Source: an uncultured Dokdonella sp. (lineage in GTDB: Bacteria; Pseudomonadota; Gammaproteobacteria; Xanthomonadales; Rhodanobacteraceae). Taken from it: a stretch of 64,000 nt of DNA. Where the stretch lies: assembly GCA_964587775.1 (NCBI GenBank), contig CAZPLY010000007.1, positions 67,621 through 131,620 on the forward strand. The letters run 5' to 3'. The notes beneath the pieces are model-generated. The model had not been told where the DNA came from. It saw only the letters and a list, made by a program, of their open reading frames with translations, and ran no database searches. Both the position numbers and the translations under genes were made by a program. Below, in pieces: positions 51,203-64,000 of this stretch (the stretch's first letter is position 1; each line of letters starts with the position of its first letter).

Positions 51203-51931
51203 ATGAGCAAGTGCGTCGCTATCATTGTGCACGGGGCTGGCGGCCGCATGGGCCAGGCCGTGCTGCGACTCGCCACCGCGCGCGAGGACCTCAGGGTCGT
51301 TGCCGCGCTCGGGCGCGCCGACGCGCCGGATGCGGCCGGGCCCGACGCCGACGTGCTCGTCGATTTTTCCGGGGCCGAAGGTTTCGATCGCGCGCTGTCG
51401 ATCGCGCGCGACCGGAGGATCGCCTTCGTCAGCGGCTCGACCGGCCTCGGCGCCGCGCAATTCGAAGCGATCGAGCAGGCCGCAAGCTCGATTCCGCTGC
51501 TCTGGGCGGCGAACTTCAGTCTCGGCGTCGCCGTGCTCGCCCATCTGGTCGGCGAGGCCGCGCGCCTCGTGCCGGACTGGGACTGCGAGATCGTCGAGGC
51601 GCATCACCGGCACAAGCGCGATGCCCCGTCGGGCACGGCCCTGATGCTCGGGCGCAGCATCGACGAGGCGCGCGGGCAACCGGCGGCCATGCCGATCACC
51701 ACGCGTGCGGGCACGCGCGCCGCCGGCAGCACCGGTTATGCGGTCGTGCGCGGTGGCGACATCGTCGGCGAACACGAAGTCCTGTTGATCGGCAACGGCG
51801 AGCGTCTCGAACTCGGACATCGGGCTAGCGATCGCGACATCTTCGCGCGCGGCGCGCTCGCGGCGGCGTCCTGGATCGGCGGGCGCGCCGCCGGTCGTTA
51901 CACGCTCGCCGACGTACTCGCCCTGCGCTGA
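51203..51931 (+). CDS. dapB: 4-hydroxy-tetrahydrodipicolinate reductase
   Basis: ATG at 51203. VHGAGGRMG NAD(P)-binding motif, E.HH..K.DAPSGTA catalytic block, and a C-terminal HRA.DR.IFA.GA motif. Confidence 0.9.
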   Translation: MSKCVAIIVHGAGGRMGQAVLRLATAREDLRVVAALGRADAPDAAGPDADVLVDFSGAEGFDRALSIARDRRIAFVSGSTGLGAAQFEAIEQAASSIPLLWAANFSLGVAVLAHLVGEAARLVPDWDCEIVEAHHRHKRDAPSGTALMLGRSIDEARGQPAAMPITTRAGTRAAGSTGYAVVRGGDIVGEHEVLLIGNGERLELGHRASDRDIFARGALAAASWIGGRAAGRYTLADVLALR

Positions 51932-51934
51932 CCG

Positions 51935-53482
51935 CTACGGCCGGCGCCGCGTGTCGGGATCGAACGGGCGCGGACGCGGATGGCGTGGACTTTCGGAGGC
52001 GCGGTTCGCGGCCGCGTGACGGCGCGCCGCGATCGGGGTGGCCAGGCCACCGACCGGTCCGGGCCCGGTCGTCACGTTGTCGATGCCGGCAACGATGCGC
52101 GTGCCGGCGCCGGCCGGGTCGAGCCAGTCGCGCAGCCGCGCCGCGGGATTCGGGCCATCCCATGCGGCCGAGAACTTCCCGTAGCAGTCATAGCCGTTGT
52201 CGGGCCGTGACGGGTCGCCAATGCTGCACGCTGCATTGCCACCCGAAAGCATTCCGATCAGGCGCTTGCCGCGTCCGCCGGGATCGTTGGCCGGAATCCA
52301 CAGTCCCGAGCCCGACGAGCCGCCTTCGGTCGTGCCCTGGGTGTAGGGGCCGGCGAGCCAATGCGTGTTCGTGCTGCTGCCACCGGTGCCGATGCAGTTC
52401 GGATAGGTGGTCGGTGCGACGCCACTCGCGGTGACCTTGGCCACGTCGCCGCTCGGGTGATGCAGGCCGATGCTCGCCGAAGGCGCGACGCCGCTTGCAT
52501 CCCAGCCGGCATGAAAGAGGTTCCACGCGGCCAGCGGCGGGGTCGCGAGTTCGACGAGGCTGAAATCGACGTCGGCCCGCGTGGCTCGCAGCGTCGCCCC
52601 GGTCTGGTTCTGTGCAAGCGAGAAGCCGCTCGTCGTTGCGCAGGCGTTCGAGCGGTAATTCCAGTACAGGCGCATCGTCGCCGCTTCGGCGGCGGTGGCG
52701 AGGCAATGCGCTGCAGTCAGCACGTAGCCCTTGCGGTCGGCCGGCACCGTGTTGAGCAGGGTGCCCGTGCAGATGTAGGTGATCGCGTCGTCGCCGCGGA
52801 ACTCGTAGTAGGCGAGCGCGCGCGTTTCGTCGGCGTATGGCACGCCGAGCGGACAGGCGACGTTGACGTTGCAGGCGCCCGAATCGCCGGCCGCCTGGAT
52901 CGAGCGCCCGAACAGGTCGCGGAAGCCCGCGTCGACATGGTCGAGGCTCAGCATGCCGGCCTCGTAGGCGAGGCCCGGCGGCATCTGCAACTCGATCGTC
53001 GCACCGCCGCCGGGCAGCATCGGCAGCCACAACGGGCCGCGATCCGCGGCCGTGTACGGGCCTTCGTAGTAGCCGTCCTCCGCGATCGCCCACAGCCGCG
53101 CGCCGGCCGGCAGCTGCTGGCGTGCGAAACCGAGGTGGAGGTCGGTCGCGCCGGGGACCTCGACGCGGATGCGCCACAGCGACGAACCGTCGGCGAGCCG
53201 TTGCCAGGCGCCGTCCGAGGCCGGGTCGATCGATACGTCGGTACCGATCGCGATCGCGAGGCGCTTGTCTCGCGCAGCAAACGGGTCGCCGTTCCTGGCC
53301 GTGCCGGCGGCGCGCAGGGCTGCGGCATCGATCGCCGGCAGGACGAGCGCGGGGAGCTCGACGGCGTCTCTGGCGGCCGGCGAAAGCGTGTACGGCAGGT
53401 CGCCCTGGCGTGCCTCGGCCGCCCCGGCTGCGCAGGCGGCGAGGGCGAGAGCGAAGCGGGTGATCGTTGCAAACGGGGGCAT
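51935..53482 (-). CDS. Exported lysyl-endopeptidase-like serine protease (S1 family, Lys-C/API-like) with propeptide
   Basis: ATG at 53482. Signal peptide MPPFATITRFALALAACAAGAAEA, a ~190-aa pro-region, then CNVNVACP...YICTGTLLN...VLTAAHC (His), and TEGGSSGSGLW (Ser), as in Achromobacter/Lysobacter Lys-specific proteases. Confidence 0.75.
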   Translation of the reverse strand: MPPFATITRFALALAACAAGAAEARQGDLPYTLSPAARDAVELPALVLPAIDAAALRAAGTARNGDPFAARDKRLAIAIGTDVSIDPASDGAWQRLADGSSLWRIRVEVPGATDLHLGFARQQLPAGARLWAIAEDGYYEGPYTAADRGPLWLPMLPGGGATIELQMPPGLAYEAGMLSLDHVDAGFRDLFGRSIQAAGDSGACNVNVACPLGVPYADETRALAYYEFRGDDAITYICTGTLLNTVPADRKGYVLTAAHCLATAAEAATMRLYWNYRSNACATTSGFSLAQNQTGATLRATRADVDFSLVELATPPLAAWNLFHAGWDASGVAPSASIGLHHPSGDVAKVTASGVAPTTYPNCIGTGGSSTNTHWLAGPYTQGTTEGGSSGSGLWIPANDPGGRGKRLIGMLSGGNAACSIGDPSRPDNGYDCYGKFSAAWDGPNPAARLRDWLDPAGAGTRIVAGIDNVTTGPGPVGGLATPIAARRHAAANRASESPRHPRPRPFDPDTRRRP

Positions 53483-53499
53483 CGGATCGTCCTTGCGTT

Positions 53500-54186
53500 T
53501 CAATCGAGATGGGCGGCATCGTCGCGGCGGCCGGCGCCGAGACGCCGGTCGATCGCGCCGAACCATTTCTTGAACAAGCGCGAGAACTTCCCGCGCCGGG
53601 TCTTGCGCAGTTTTTCATCCTCGCTCGTCAACCAGGCCACCTGGATCACGCGGCGTTCGCCCTCGTACGGCAGGTGGCCGTGAAACGAATTGTCGGCTCG
53701 GCCGAACACGACGAGGTTGCCGTACAGCGGACGCACTTCCGGCGCGACGAGGTCCTCGATGCTGTCGGCGCGGGCGAGGAAGCGCAGGCAGCCATCGCTC
53801 GTGTCGGGCCAGGACGCGTTGAGGTAGAGCAGGGCCGTCGCGACTTTCGAGCGGCTGTCGGTATGGATCGTGCCGTGGCGCCGGTTGAGCGCCCGGCAGA
53901 TCGTCACGAGGGTCGGGCGGCTGCCGAGCGCGTCGATGCCGAGTCGTGCGCCGATCGCGTCGGCGAACGGGCGCGAGGTCAGCTCGCCGATCAGCGCATT
54001 GACTGCCGGTCCGCAATCCTTGTCTTCGTGCGGAAAGAACCCGGCTCCCGGATATCTCGGGAAATCTGCGTCGAGGTCCGCGCGCGCACGTTCCGGCAGT
54101 TGGCCACTCGCGATGAGGAACGAAAACGGCGAACGGCGCAGCACGGTGTCGGCGCGATCGAGGGATTCGACGGAAAGCAGGCTCAA
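53500..54186 (-). CDS. 2OG-Fe(II) oxygenase-family protein (prolyl-hydroxylase-like)
   Basis: 228 aa (TTG start in the track). HxD iron ligands in [10 protein letters not shown] and a distal His in NSFHGHLPY. Ends 17 nt upstream of the protease gene on the same strand. Confidence 0.6.
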   Translation of the reverse strand: MSLLSVESLDRADTVLRRSPFSFLIASGQLPERARADLDADFPRYPGAGFFPHEDKDCGPAVNALIGELTSRPFADAIGARLGIDALGSRPTLVTICRALNRRHGTIHTDSRSKVATALLYLNASWPDTSDGCLRFLARADSIEDLVAPEVRPLYGNLVVFGRADNSFHGHLPYEGERRVIQVAWLTSEDEKLRKTRRGKFSRLFKKWFGAIDRRLGAGRRDDAAHLD

Positions 54187-54400
54187 GGGTCGGGACCACG
54201 GCCGAAGTCGGTCCGTAGTCTACCTGCACGGCACGATCCCGCCGTCATCGTTCAGGCGACGGCGGTGGACAGCATCGCGGTGGACACCTATCATTCCGCT
54301 TCGCCTTGACCCCTCAATACGCCCGCCCGACGGACTGGTTCGCACCGGACCGCGGGTTTCGTCGCACCTGCGAGAACCGGGCCACCACCCAGGCGAAAGC

Positions 54401-55540
54401 ATGACCACCCGAGCCATACTTGCCCTCGCCGACGGCAGCCTCTTCGAGGGTCGTTCGATCGGCGTCGAGGGCGCCACGAGCGGCGAAGTCGTCTTCAACA
54501 CGGCGATGACGGGCTATCAGGAAATCCTGACCGACCCGTCCTACGCGCGCCAGATCGTCACCCTGACCGTGCCGCATGTCGGCAATACCGGTTGCAACCG
54601 GAACGATGCCGAATCCCCGCGCGTGCATGCGGCCGGCCTCGTCATCCGCGACCTGCCGCTGCTCGCGAGCAACTGGCGCAGCGAGGAGCCGCTCGATGCC
54701 TACCTCGCGCGCAACAACGTCGTCGCGATCGCCGACATCGACACGCGCCGGCTGACGCGCATCCTGCGCGAAACCGGCGCGCAGGGCGGCTGCATCCTGG
54801 CCGGCGAGCAGGTCGATGCCGGTGCGGCGCTCGCCGCGGCCCGCGCATTCCCGGGCCTTGCCGGCATGGATCTGGCCCGCGAGGTTTCGCGCACGGCGCG
54901 CGAGCGCTGGCACGAAGGAACCCACGATCTCGCCAGCGGCCGTGCGCGCCCGACAAGCGCGCGCTTCGAGGTCGTCGCCTACGACTTCGGCGTCAAGCAC
55001 AACATCCTGCGCATGCTCGCCGACCGCGGATGCGCGATCACGGTCGTGCCGGCGCAGACGCCGGCCAGCGACGTGTTCGCCCTGCGCCCGGACGGCGTGT
55101 TCCTGTCGAACGGTCCCGGCGACCCGGAACCATGCGACTACGCGATTGCCGCGATCCGCGAATTCATCCGCGCGCGCGTGCCGACGTTCGGCATCTGCCT
55201 CGGTCACCAGTTGCTCGGCCTCGCGGCCGGTGCGCGCACGGCCAAGATGAAGTTCGGCCACCACGGTGCCAATCATCCGGTCATCGACCTCGCCAGCAAG
55301 CGCGTGATGATCTCGAGCCAGAACCACGGCTTCGCGGTCGACGAGTCTTCCCTGCCTGCGCAGGTCCGCGCGACCCATCGTTCCCTGTTCGATGGCTCGC
55401 TGCAGGGCATCGAGTACGTCGATGCGCCTGCCTTCAGTTTCCAGGGCCACCCGGAAGCCAGCCCCGGTCCGCACGACGTGGCTCCCTTGTTCGACCGTTT
55501 CATCCGACTGATGGAGGCGCGCGCGGCTGCCGCGGCGTAA
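54401..55540 (+). CDS. carA: Carbamoyl-phosphate synthase small (glutaminase) subunit
   Basis: ATG at 54401 ([22 protein letters not shown]...[24 protein letters not shown]). GATase catalytic [10 protein letters not shown] and [13 protein letters not shown]. Confidence 0.95.
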   Translation: MTTRAILALADGSLFEGRSIGVEGATSGEVVFNTAMTGYQEILTDPSYARQIVTLTVPHVGNTGCNRNDAESPRVHAAGLVIRDLPLLASNWRSEEPLDAYLARNNVVAIADIDTRRLTRILRETGAQGGCILAGEQVDAGAALAAARAFPGLAGMDLAREVSRTARERWHEGTHDLASGRARPTSARFEVVAYDFGVKHNILRMLADRGCAITVVPAQTPASDVFALRPDGVFLSNGPGDPEPCDYAIAAIREFIRARVPTFGICLGHQLLGLAAGARTAKMKFGHHGANHPVIDLASKRVMISSQNHGFAVDESSLPAQVRATHRSLFDGSLQGIEYVDAPAFSFQGHPEASPGPHDVAPLFDRFIRLMEARAAAAA

Positions 55541-55544
55541 TGAC

Positions 55545-55926
55545 ATGAACCCGATCAGATGTTCGATTTCCGCCGTGCTCGCGATTGCGCTTGCCTGCAT
55601 GGCCATGGAGTCCCCCGCGGCCGGCCCGGCCAGGCCCGCGACGTCGAAATCGCCCGTGCAGGCGCCAAGCCAGCGTGAAGTGGGCTACCAGGACCTCGAG
55701 AAGCATGTCGGCGAGCGGATCGTCGTGCACACGACGAACGGCACCGTGCGCAGCGGCACGCTTCTCAAGTACACGAACGTCTCGATCACCGTGCAACTCG
55801 GCCCCGAAGCCGGCGCGATCGAGCTGTCGATGCCGCGCAACACCGTGCGCACGGCCTGGGTCACGATCGCCCCGGCCGATCCGCTGTTCCCGAGCGACGT
55901 CCCCGGCAAGCAGGATGCGGATTCCG

Positions 55927-55943
<17 letters not shown>
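55545..55943 (+). CDS. Hypothetical exported small protein encoded between carA and carB
   Basis: 132 aa. Signal peptide [23 protein letters not shown], then a short beta-rich segment ([31 protein letters not shown]). Starts 5 nt after the carA stop. The 3' end overlaps the likely carB start by 17 nt. Confidence 0.45.
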
Positions 55944-59150
<3,207 letters not shown>

Positions 59151-59154
<4 letters not shown>

Positions 59155-59630
59155 ATCGAGCACCGATGACCCGCAAGGGCGCCGAGCGACTGCGCGCCGA
59201 ACTCGAGCGCCTGAAGTCGGTCGAGCGCCCGCGCATCATCCTCGCGATCGCCGAAGCGCGTGCGCATGGCGACCTCAAGGAGAACGCCGAGTACCACGCC
59301 GCGCGCGAGATGCAGGGCTTCACCGAAGGCCGCATCAACGAACTCGAGGCGGCGTTGAGTTATGCCGATGTCATCGACATCGGGAAGCTCAATGCCGGCA
59401 CGCGGGTCGTGTTCGGCGCGACCGTCGACCTCGCCGACGAGGACAGTGGCGAGGAAGTCAGCTACCAGATCGTCGGTGACCTCGAAGCCGACATCAAGCA
59501 GCGCCTGATCTCGGTGTCCTCGCCGTTCGCGCGCGCGCTGATCGGCAAGAACGCCGGCGACACGTTCGAGTTCAAGGCGCCGAACGGATCGCGCAACTAC
59601 GAGATCCTCGGCGTCCGCTACGTCGACTGA
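59151..59630 (+). CDS. greA: Transcription elongation factor GreA
   Basis: [59 protein letters not shown] is collinear with E. coli GreA. The ATG overlaps the carB stop (ATGA). Confidence 0.95.
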
Positions 59631-59675
59631 ACGAAGGACGCCCGCGATGCGTCCGTCGCCCGGATTCGAGCGCCG

Positions 59676-60632
59676 ATGACCGTCCTTGCCCTGCTCTTGC
59701 CGCCGCTTGCGCGCTGCCGCGCGATCGATGCGGTGGCCGAAGGTGTGCTCGCGCGCTGGCTCGCGCGCGGCGACGCCGGGATGGCGGAACCCGCGGGCGT
59801 CGCCGCCGCCTGGCGCAGCGCGATCGACTGGACCGGCAGTGGATTCCCCGCCGCCGCGCTGACCCGCGAATTCGATCTCGGCGATGCCGCTGGCGCGTCG
59901 TGGCTGCGCGCCGATCCTGCCCATGTGCGCGCCGACATGACCACGGCGCGCATGCTTGCCTGCGGCGAGCTCGGATTGACCGACATGGAAACGGCGGGAA
60001 TTGCGCGCGACCTGAAGCCCCTGTTCGGTGATGCCGGCCTGCTGTTCGAAGCGCCGAATCCACGCCGCTGGTATCTGCGCGCCGAACCCGGCACGGCGCT
60101 TCCCGATGCCGCCGACCCCGGCGAGGTGCTCGGCGACGATCTCAAGCTGCATCTGCCGGCCGGTGCGGCCGGAAGACGCTGGCGCATGCTGTTCAACGAA
60201 GCCCAGATCGTGCTGCACAACCATGCGGTCAATGCGGCACGCGCCGCGCGTGGCGCGGTTCCGGTAAACAGCCTTTGGTTCTGGGGTGCCGGCGTCCTGC
60301 CGGTCGCCGTACGCAGCGAATTCCGCTCGGTGATGAGCACGGAGCCGGCCCTGGTCGCGCTCTCGCGCATCGGCGGCCTGCGCACGCTGGCCCCCGATCC
60401 CTCGCTGTTGCCGGACCTGCTAGACCCGGCTCGCGCGGAGCCGCTGCTGATCGATGTCGCGGGCTTGCGTGACGCAACGCTCGAGCGGGCCTGGCTCGCA
60501 CCGATCGGGCGCGCCCTGCGCGCGCGCATGGTCGAGCGCGTCGAGCTCGTGTTCGAGTCCGGTGAACGCCATGCGATCCGCAATGCGCATCGCTGGCGCA
60601 TCTGGCGGCGAATTCCGGACCGGCTCGCGTGA
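59676..60632 (+). CDS. Conserved hypothetical protein, RpfE-type (uncharacterised regulator between greA and recJ)
   Basis: 318 aa, soluble. I recall the greA-X-recJ position as the location of rpfE in Xanthomonas. I recognise no catalytic motif. The stop overlaps the recJ GTG (GTGA). Confidence 0.5.
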   Translation: MTVLALLLPPLARCRAIDAVAEGVLARWLARGDAGMAEPAGVAAAWRSAIDWTGSGFPAAALTREFDLGDAAGASWLRADPAHVRADMTTARMLACGELGLTDMETAGIARDLKPLFGDAGLLFEAPNPRRWYLRAEPGTALPDAADPGEVLGDDLKLHLPAGAAGRRWRMLFNEAQIVLHNHAVNAARAARGAVPVNSLWFWGAGVLPVAVRSEFRSVMSTEPALVALSRIGGLRTLAPDPSLLPDLLDPARAEPLLIDVAGLRDATLERAWLAPIGRALRARMVERVELVFESGERHAIRNAHRWRIWRRIPDRLA

Positions 60633-62368
60633 GGCCGGTGGAAATCCGCCGCCGCGAGGTCAATCCGACGACGACGCAATGGCCGGCGCACATGCATCCG
60701 GTCCTGCGGCGCGTGTATGCCGCGCGTGGCATCGTCGATGCGGCCGAGATCGATCACCGGCTCGGCGCGCTCGCCGCGCCGGACCTGCTCGGCGGCATCG
60801 AGGAAGCCTGCGCGCTGCTCGACGAGGCGATCAGCGCGGATCGGCGCATCGTCGTCGTCGGCGACTTCGACTGCGACGGAGCCACCGGCACCGCGGTCGC
60901 CGTACGGGGCCTGCGCATGCTCGGCGCGCGCCATGTCGGATTCCGCGTGCCGAACCGTTTCCTGCACGGCTACGGCCTGACGCCGGCGCTGGTCGCGACG
61001 CTCGCCGATCCGGCGCCCGATCTCGTCATCACGGTCGACAACGGCATCGCGAGCCACGCCGGCATTGACCAGGCGCGCGCGCGTGGCATCAAGGTGCTCG
61101 TCACCGATCACCATCTGCCGGCCGCGACCCTGCCGGCGGCCGACGCGATCGTCAATCCGAATCTCGCGGGCGACGGCTTCCCGAGCAAGGCCCTGGCCGG
61201 CGTCGGCGTGATGTTCTGCGTCCTGCTGGCCTTGCGTGCGCGCATGCGCGAGCGCGGCGCGTTCACCCGCGGCGGGGCGACCGAGCCCGATCTGGCGGTC
61301 CTTCTCGATCTCGTCGCGCTCGGCACGGTCGCCGATCTCGTGCCGCTTGATTTCAACAATCGCGTGCTCGTCGCGGCCGGACTCAGGCGTATCCGCGCGC
61401 GGCGTGCCTGCGCCGGCGTGCTGGCGCTGCTCGAAGCCGCCGGTCGCGATCCCGCAAGCCTCGTGCCGGCCGATCTCGGTTTCGTGCTCGGGCCTCGCAT
61501 CAATGCGGCCGGTCGCCTCGAGGACATGGCGCTCGGCATCGAGTGCCTGTTGACCGACGATCCGGGACACGCACGCACGCTTGCCGCGCGCCTCTCCTCG
61601 ATCAATGCCGAGCGCCGCGAACTGCAGGGCGCGATGGTCGAGCAGGGCGAGGCCGCGGTTGCGCGCTGGATCGCGGCCAACGACGGCGCCGCGCTGCCGC
61701 TCGGCGTGACCCTGTTCGAGGACGACTGGCATCCCGGCGTCGTCGGCCTCGTCGCATCGAAACTCAAGGAACGCCTGCACCGCCCGGTCGTCGCATGTGC
61801 GCCGGCCGGCGACGGCAGCGACGAGGTGCGCGGCTCGGCGCGGTCGATCCGCGGCGTGAATGTGCGCGACGTGCTCGCCGAGGTCGATGCGCGCTTTCCC
61901 GGCATGATCCTGCGCTTCGGTGGCCATGCGATGGCCGCCGGCTTGTCGCTGCGGCGTGACCAGGTCGGGCGATTCGCCGACGCGTTCGATGCGGTGATCC
62001 GCGAACGCGCCGCGGCCGAACTGTTCGATCCGGTCGTGCTCAGCGACGGCGGCCTCGAGCCGGCCGATATCGGCCTCGAACTCGCCCACCAGCTGCGTGG
62101 GGCAGGGCCGTGGGGCCAGGGCTTCGCCGAGCCGCTGTTCGACAACACGTTCGAACTCGACGACTGGCAGCTCGTCGGCGGCCGCCACTGGCGCCTCGCC
62201 CTGCGCCTTCCGGGTGGCGTCGAACGCATCGAGGGAATCCTGTTCAACGCCGAGCCCGGTGCCACGCCGCCGGCTCGCCTGCACGCGGCCTATCAGCTCG
62301 ACGTCAACGAATGGAACGGTCGCGAGCGCGCGCAGCTCGTGCTGCGCCACGTGCGCGCGCTCGGCTGA
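60629..62368 (+). CDS. recJ: Single-stranded-DNA-specific exonuclease RecJ
   Basis: DHH motifs (VVVGDFDCDGATG, ITVDNG, VLVTDHH), the DHHA1 block (GGHAMAAG) and a C-terminal OB-like domain. 579 aa. Confidence 0.93.
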   Translation: MRPVEIRRREVNPTTTQWPAHMHPVLRRVYAARGIVDAAEIDHRLGALAAPDLLGGIEEACALLDEAISADRRIVVVGDFDCDGATGTAVAVRGLRMLGARHVGFRVPNRFLHGYGLTPALVATLADPAPDLVITVDNGIASHAGIDQARARGIKVLVTDHHLPAATLPAADAIVNPNLAGDGFPSKALAGVGVMFCVLLALRARMRERGAFTRGGATEPDLAVLLDLVALGTVADLVPLDFNNRVLVAAGLRRIRARRACAGVLALLEAAGRDPASLVPADLGFVLGPRINAAGRLEDMALGIECLLTDDPGHARTLAARLSSINAERRELQGAMVEQGEAAVARWIAANDGAALPLGVTLFEDDWHPGVVGLVASKLKERLHRPVVACAPAGDGSDEVRGSARSIRGVNVRDVLAEVDARFPGMILRFGGHAMAAGLSLRRDQVGRFADAFDAVIRERAAAELFDPVVLSDGGLEPADIGLELAHQLRGAGPWGQGFAEPLFDNTFELDDWQLVGGRHWRLALRLPGGVERIEGILFNAEPGATPPARLHAAYQLDVNEWNGRERAQLVLRHVRALG

Positions 62369-62448
62369 CGCCAGGCGCGGAGCCCTGATTCACCGGTGTA
62401 GACTGCGCGCGCCCGTTTCCGCCACCCATCCACGCCCGGAGGAGCCAC

Positions 62449-63009
62449 ATGGTCAGCTTGATCCAGCTCGGGTTGCCGATCCTGTTGTCGGCCGTGTTCG
62501 TCTTCGTCGCGAGCAGCCTGATCCACATGGTCCTCAAGTGGCACGCGTCCGATTACCGCGGGTTCTCGAACGAGGACGAGGTCCGCAAGGCCATGCTCGC
62601 CGGCAGCTCGGTCGAAGGCATCCACGTCGTGCCGTACTGTGCCGACATGAAGCAGATGGGCACGCCCGGAATGCTCGAGAAGTTCCGGGCCGGGCCGGTC
62701 GCGAAGATCATGCTCCGCCGCGGCGCCACGCCGTCGATCGGTCGCCCGCTGATCCAGTGGTTCGTGTTCTGCGTCGTCGTGTCGCTGTTCTGCGCGTATC
62801 TCGCCGGCCTCGTGCTCGCTCCAGGCACACCGCCGTTGGCGGTGTTCCGGGTCGTGGCGACGACCGCATTCATGGGTTACGCGTTCTATGCGATCCCGAA
62901 CTGCATCTGGTTCGGATTGCCATGGCGAGCGGGCCTGAAGGACGTCGTCGACGGCCTCGTCTACGCGCTCGTGAGCGGCGCGGTATTTGCCTGGTTGTGG
63001 CCGGCCTGA
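62449..63009 (+). CDS. Hypothetical integral membrane protein (4 TM)
   Basis: 186 aa, GGAGG Shine-Dalgarno upstream, four clear hydrophobic helices. I recognise no family. Confidence 0.45.
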   Translation: MVSLIQLGLPILLSAVFVFVASSLIHMVLKWHASDYRGFSNEDEVRKAMLAGSSVEGIHVVPYCADMKQMGTPGMLEKFRAGPVAKIMLRRGATPSIGRPLIQWFVFCVVVSLFCAYLAGLVLAPGTPPLAVFRVVATTAFMGYAFYAIPNCIWFGLPWRAGLKDVVDGLVYALVSGAVFAWLWPA

Positions 63010-63047
63010 GCGGATCGTGAGGTCGGCGGCTGGCGGCGCGGGTCCAC

Positions 63048-63893
63048 TCAACGCACGCGCCGGCCAAGCACGCCGTCGAGGGCGAGCTCGGTCCTGAAGC
63101 CGGACTTTTCGAGGCGTCGCGCGACTTCGCGCGGGACGTCGCGGCCGCTGGTCAGCCGGTTCGGGGCGCCGGTGTAGTGGAACAGGCGACCGCCGGGACG
63201 CATGACGCGCGCGAGCTGATCGTAAAACGCCTGCGCGTAGAGTTCTCCGGCGATGCCGAAACGCGGCGGGTCATGCAGGATTGCGCCGGCCGAAGCGTCG
63301 GGCAGGGACGCGATGACCTCGGAGATGTCGCCGGCGGTCAGGGTCATCCGCGTCGCGACGTCGACGTTCGCCGGATCGGGCGACCACGGATTCAGCGATC
63401 GCAACCAGAGCACCTCGGCGTTTTTCTCGCAGGAGTGGATCTGCGCGGCACCCGCTTCGAGGCAAGCGGCGGCGAAATAGCCGAGGCCGGCGCAGGTATC
63501 GAGGACCTGATTGCCGCGTGGTTCGACCAGGGCGACCTTGCGGCGCGCATCCTCGTACGGCGAGATCTGCGCGGTCGGCAGCATCTTGATGCCGTCGATC
63601 TCGAAGGTCGGTGCGCCCCAGGGCGTCGGAACCAGCTTGTACAGCGCGCTGCCGAAGATCGACGCGACGACGAACGCATCGCCATTCCAGTAATGGATGC
63701 TGCGTTCCTTGAGAGTGCCCGGGTACGGATAGTGTGCGTCGCGCCAACGCCAGCCATGTTCGTCGAGCGCCACGACGTCCTGCGAACGCCCGAGATCGAG
63801 CGATCCGGTCCATGCCGGCTCGTCACGCGCGCGCGCGCCAGCGAGGCCTTCGGCTTCGGCGCGGGTCAGCAGCGGGCCCCGGTAGCGTTGCAT
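63048..63893 (-). CDS. Class I SAM-dependent methyltransferase (DPPxF-type)
   Basis: SAM-binding motif I VLDTCAGLGYFA and motif IV ILHDPPRFG, which is typical of N-methyltransferases acting on nucleic acid or protein amino groups. 281 aa. Confidence 0.6.
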   Translation of the reverse strand: MQRYRGPLLTRAEAEGLAGARARDEPAWTGSLDLGRSQDVVALDEHGWRWRDAHYPYPGTLKERSIHYWNGDAFVVASIFGSALYKLVPTPWGAPTFEIDGIKMLPTAQISPYEDARRKVALVEPRGNQVLDTCAGLGYFAAACLEAGAAQIHSCEKNAEVLWLRSLNPWSPDPANVDVATRMTLTAGDISEVIASLPDASAGAILHDPPRFGIAGELYAQAFYDQLARVMRPGGRLFHYTGAPNRLTSGRDVPREVARRLEKSGFRTELALDGVLGRRVR

Positions 63894-64000
63894 GCGTGCA
63901 GCCTTGGACGGTCGGACCTGATCGTAGCCGATGGCGAATGCGTCGATGCTAGAGTTCGAGGCCTTCGATCACGTCGATCCCTGGATGAGAGCAACGATGG

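Noticed and set aside
63949-64000. Possible 3' end of a minus-strand gene (...GIDVIEGLEL-TAG) running off the window
   Set aside because: Only 17 codons are visible, so neither the frame nor the identity can be supported.

Overview
This is a GC-rich, gene-dense chromosomal window that looks gammaproteobacterial and Xanthomonadales/Lysobacterales-like. I infer that from synteny: exbBD-msbA-lpxK, recA-recX-alaS-csrA-tRNA-Ser, hrcA-grpE-dnaK-dnaJ, and carA-carB-greA-(rpfE-like)-recJ. About 55 protein genes and one tRNA-Ser(GCU) can be supported. Most are core housekeeping genes for DNA repair (mutS, recA, recX, recN, recJ), chaperones, aminoacyl-tRNA ligases, lipid A export and pyrimidine/arginine synthesis. 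I saw no transposase, integrase, CRISPR array, rRNA or recognisable defence or toxin-antitoxin genes. Many long ORFs in the track run antisense to well-supported genes, and I treat them as high-GC artefacts. Five items are least explained. (1) Two directly abutting exported genes at 33.4-36.3 kb encode an atypical kinase-like protein and a PPP-type phosphatase fused to a degenerate copy of the same kinase-like fold, next to an exported propeller. (2) A 2 x 265-bp structured tandem repeat sits just downstream of csrA-tRNA-Ser; each unit starts with a terminator hairpin and carries an inverted fragment of the tRNA-Ser 3' end. (3) A candidate guanidine-II (mini-ykkC) riboswitch lies in front of sugE/gdx. 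(4) Two exported repeat proteins end in the same ...A[DH]GF[DE] C-terminus. (5) Several gene-structure oddities occur: a frameshifted or non-canonical ybdK start, an acyltransferase ORF with no stop that runs antisense through hslR, and an extra ORF between carA and carB. All functional calls come from motif and family recognition by eye. No database search, HMM or folding calculation was run.
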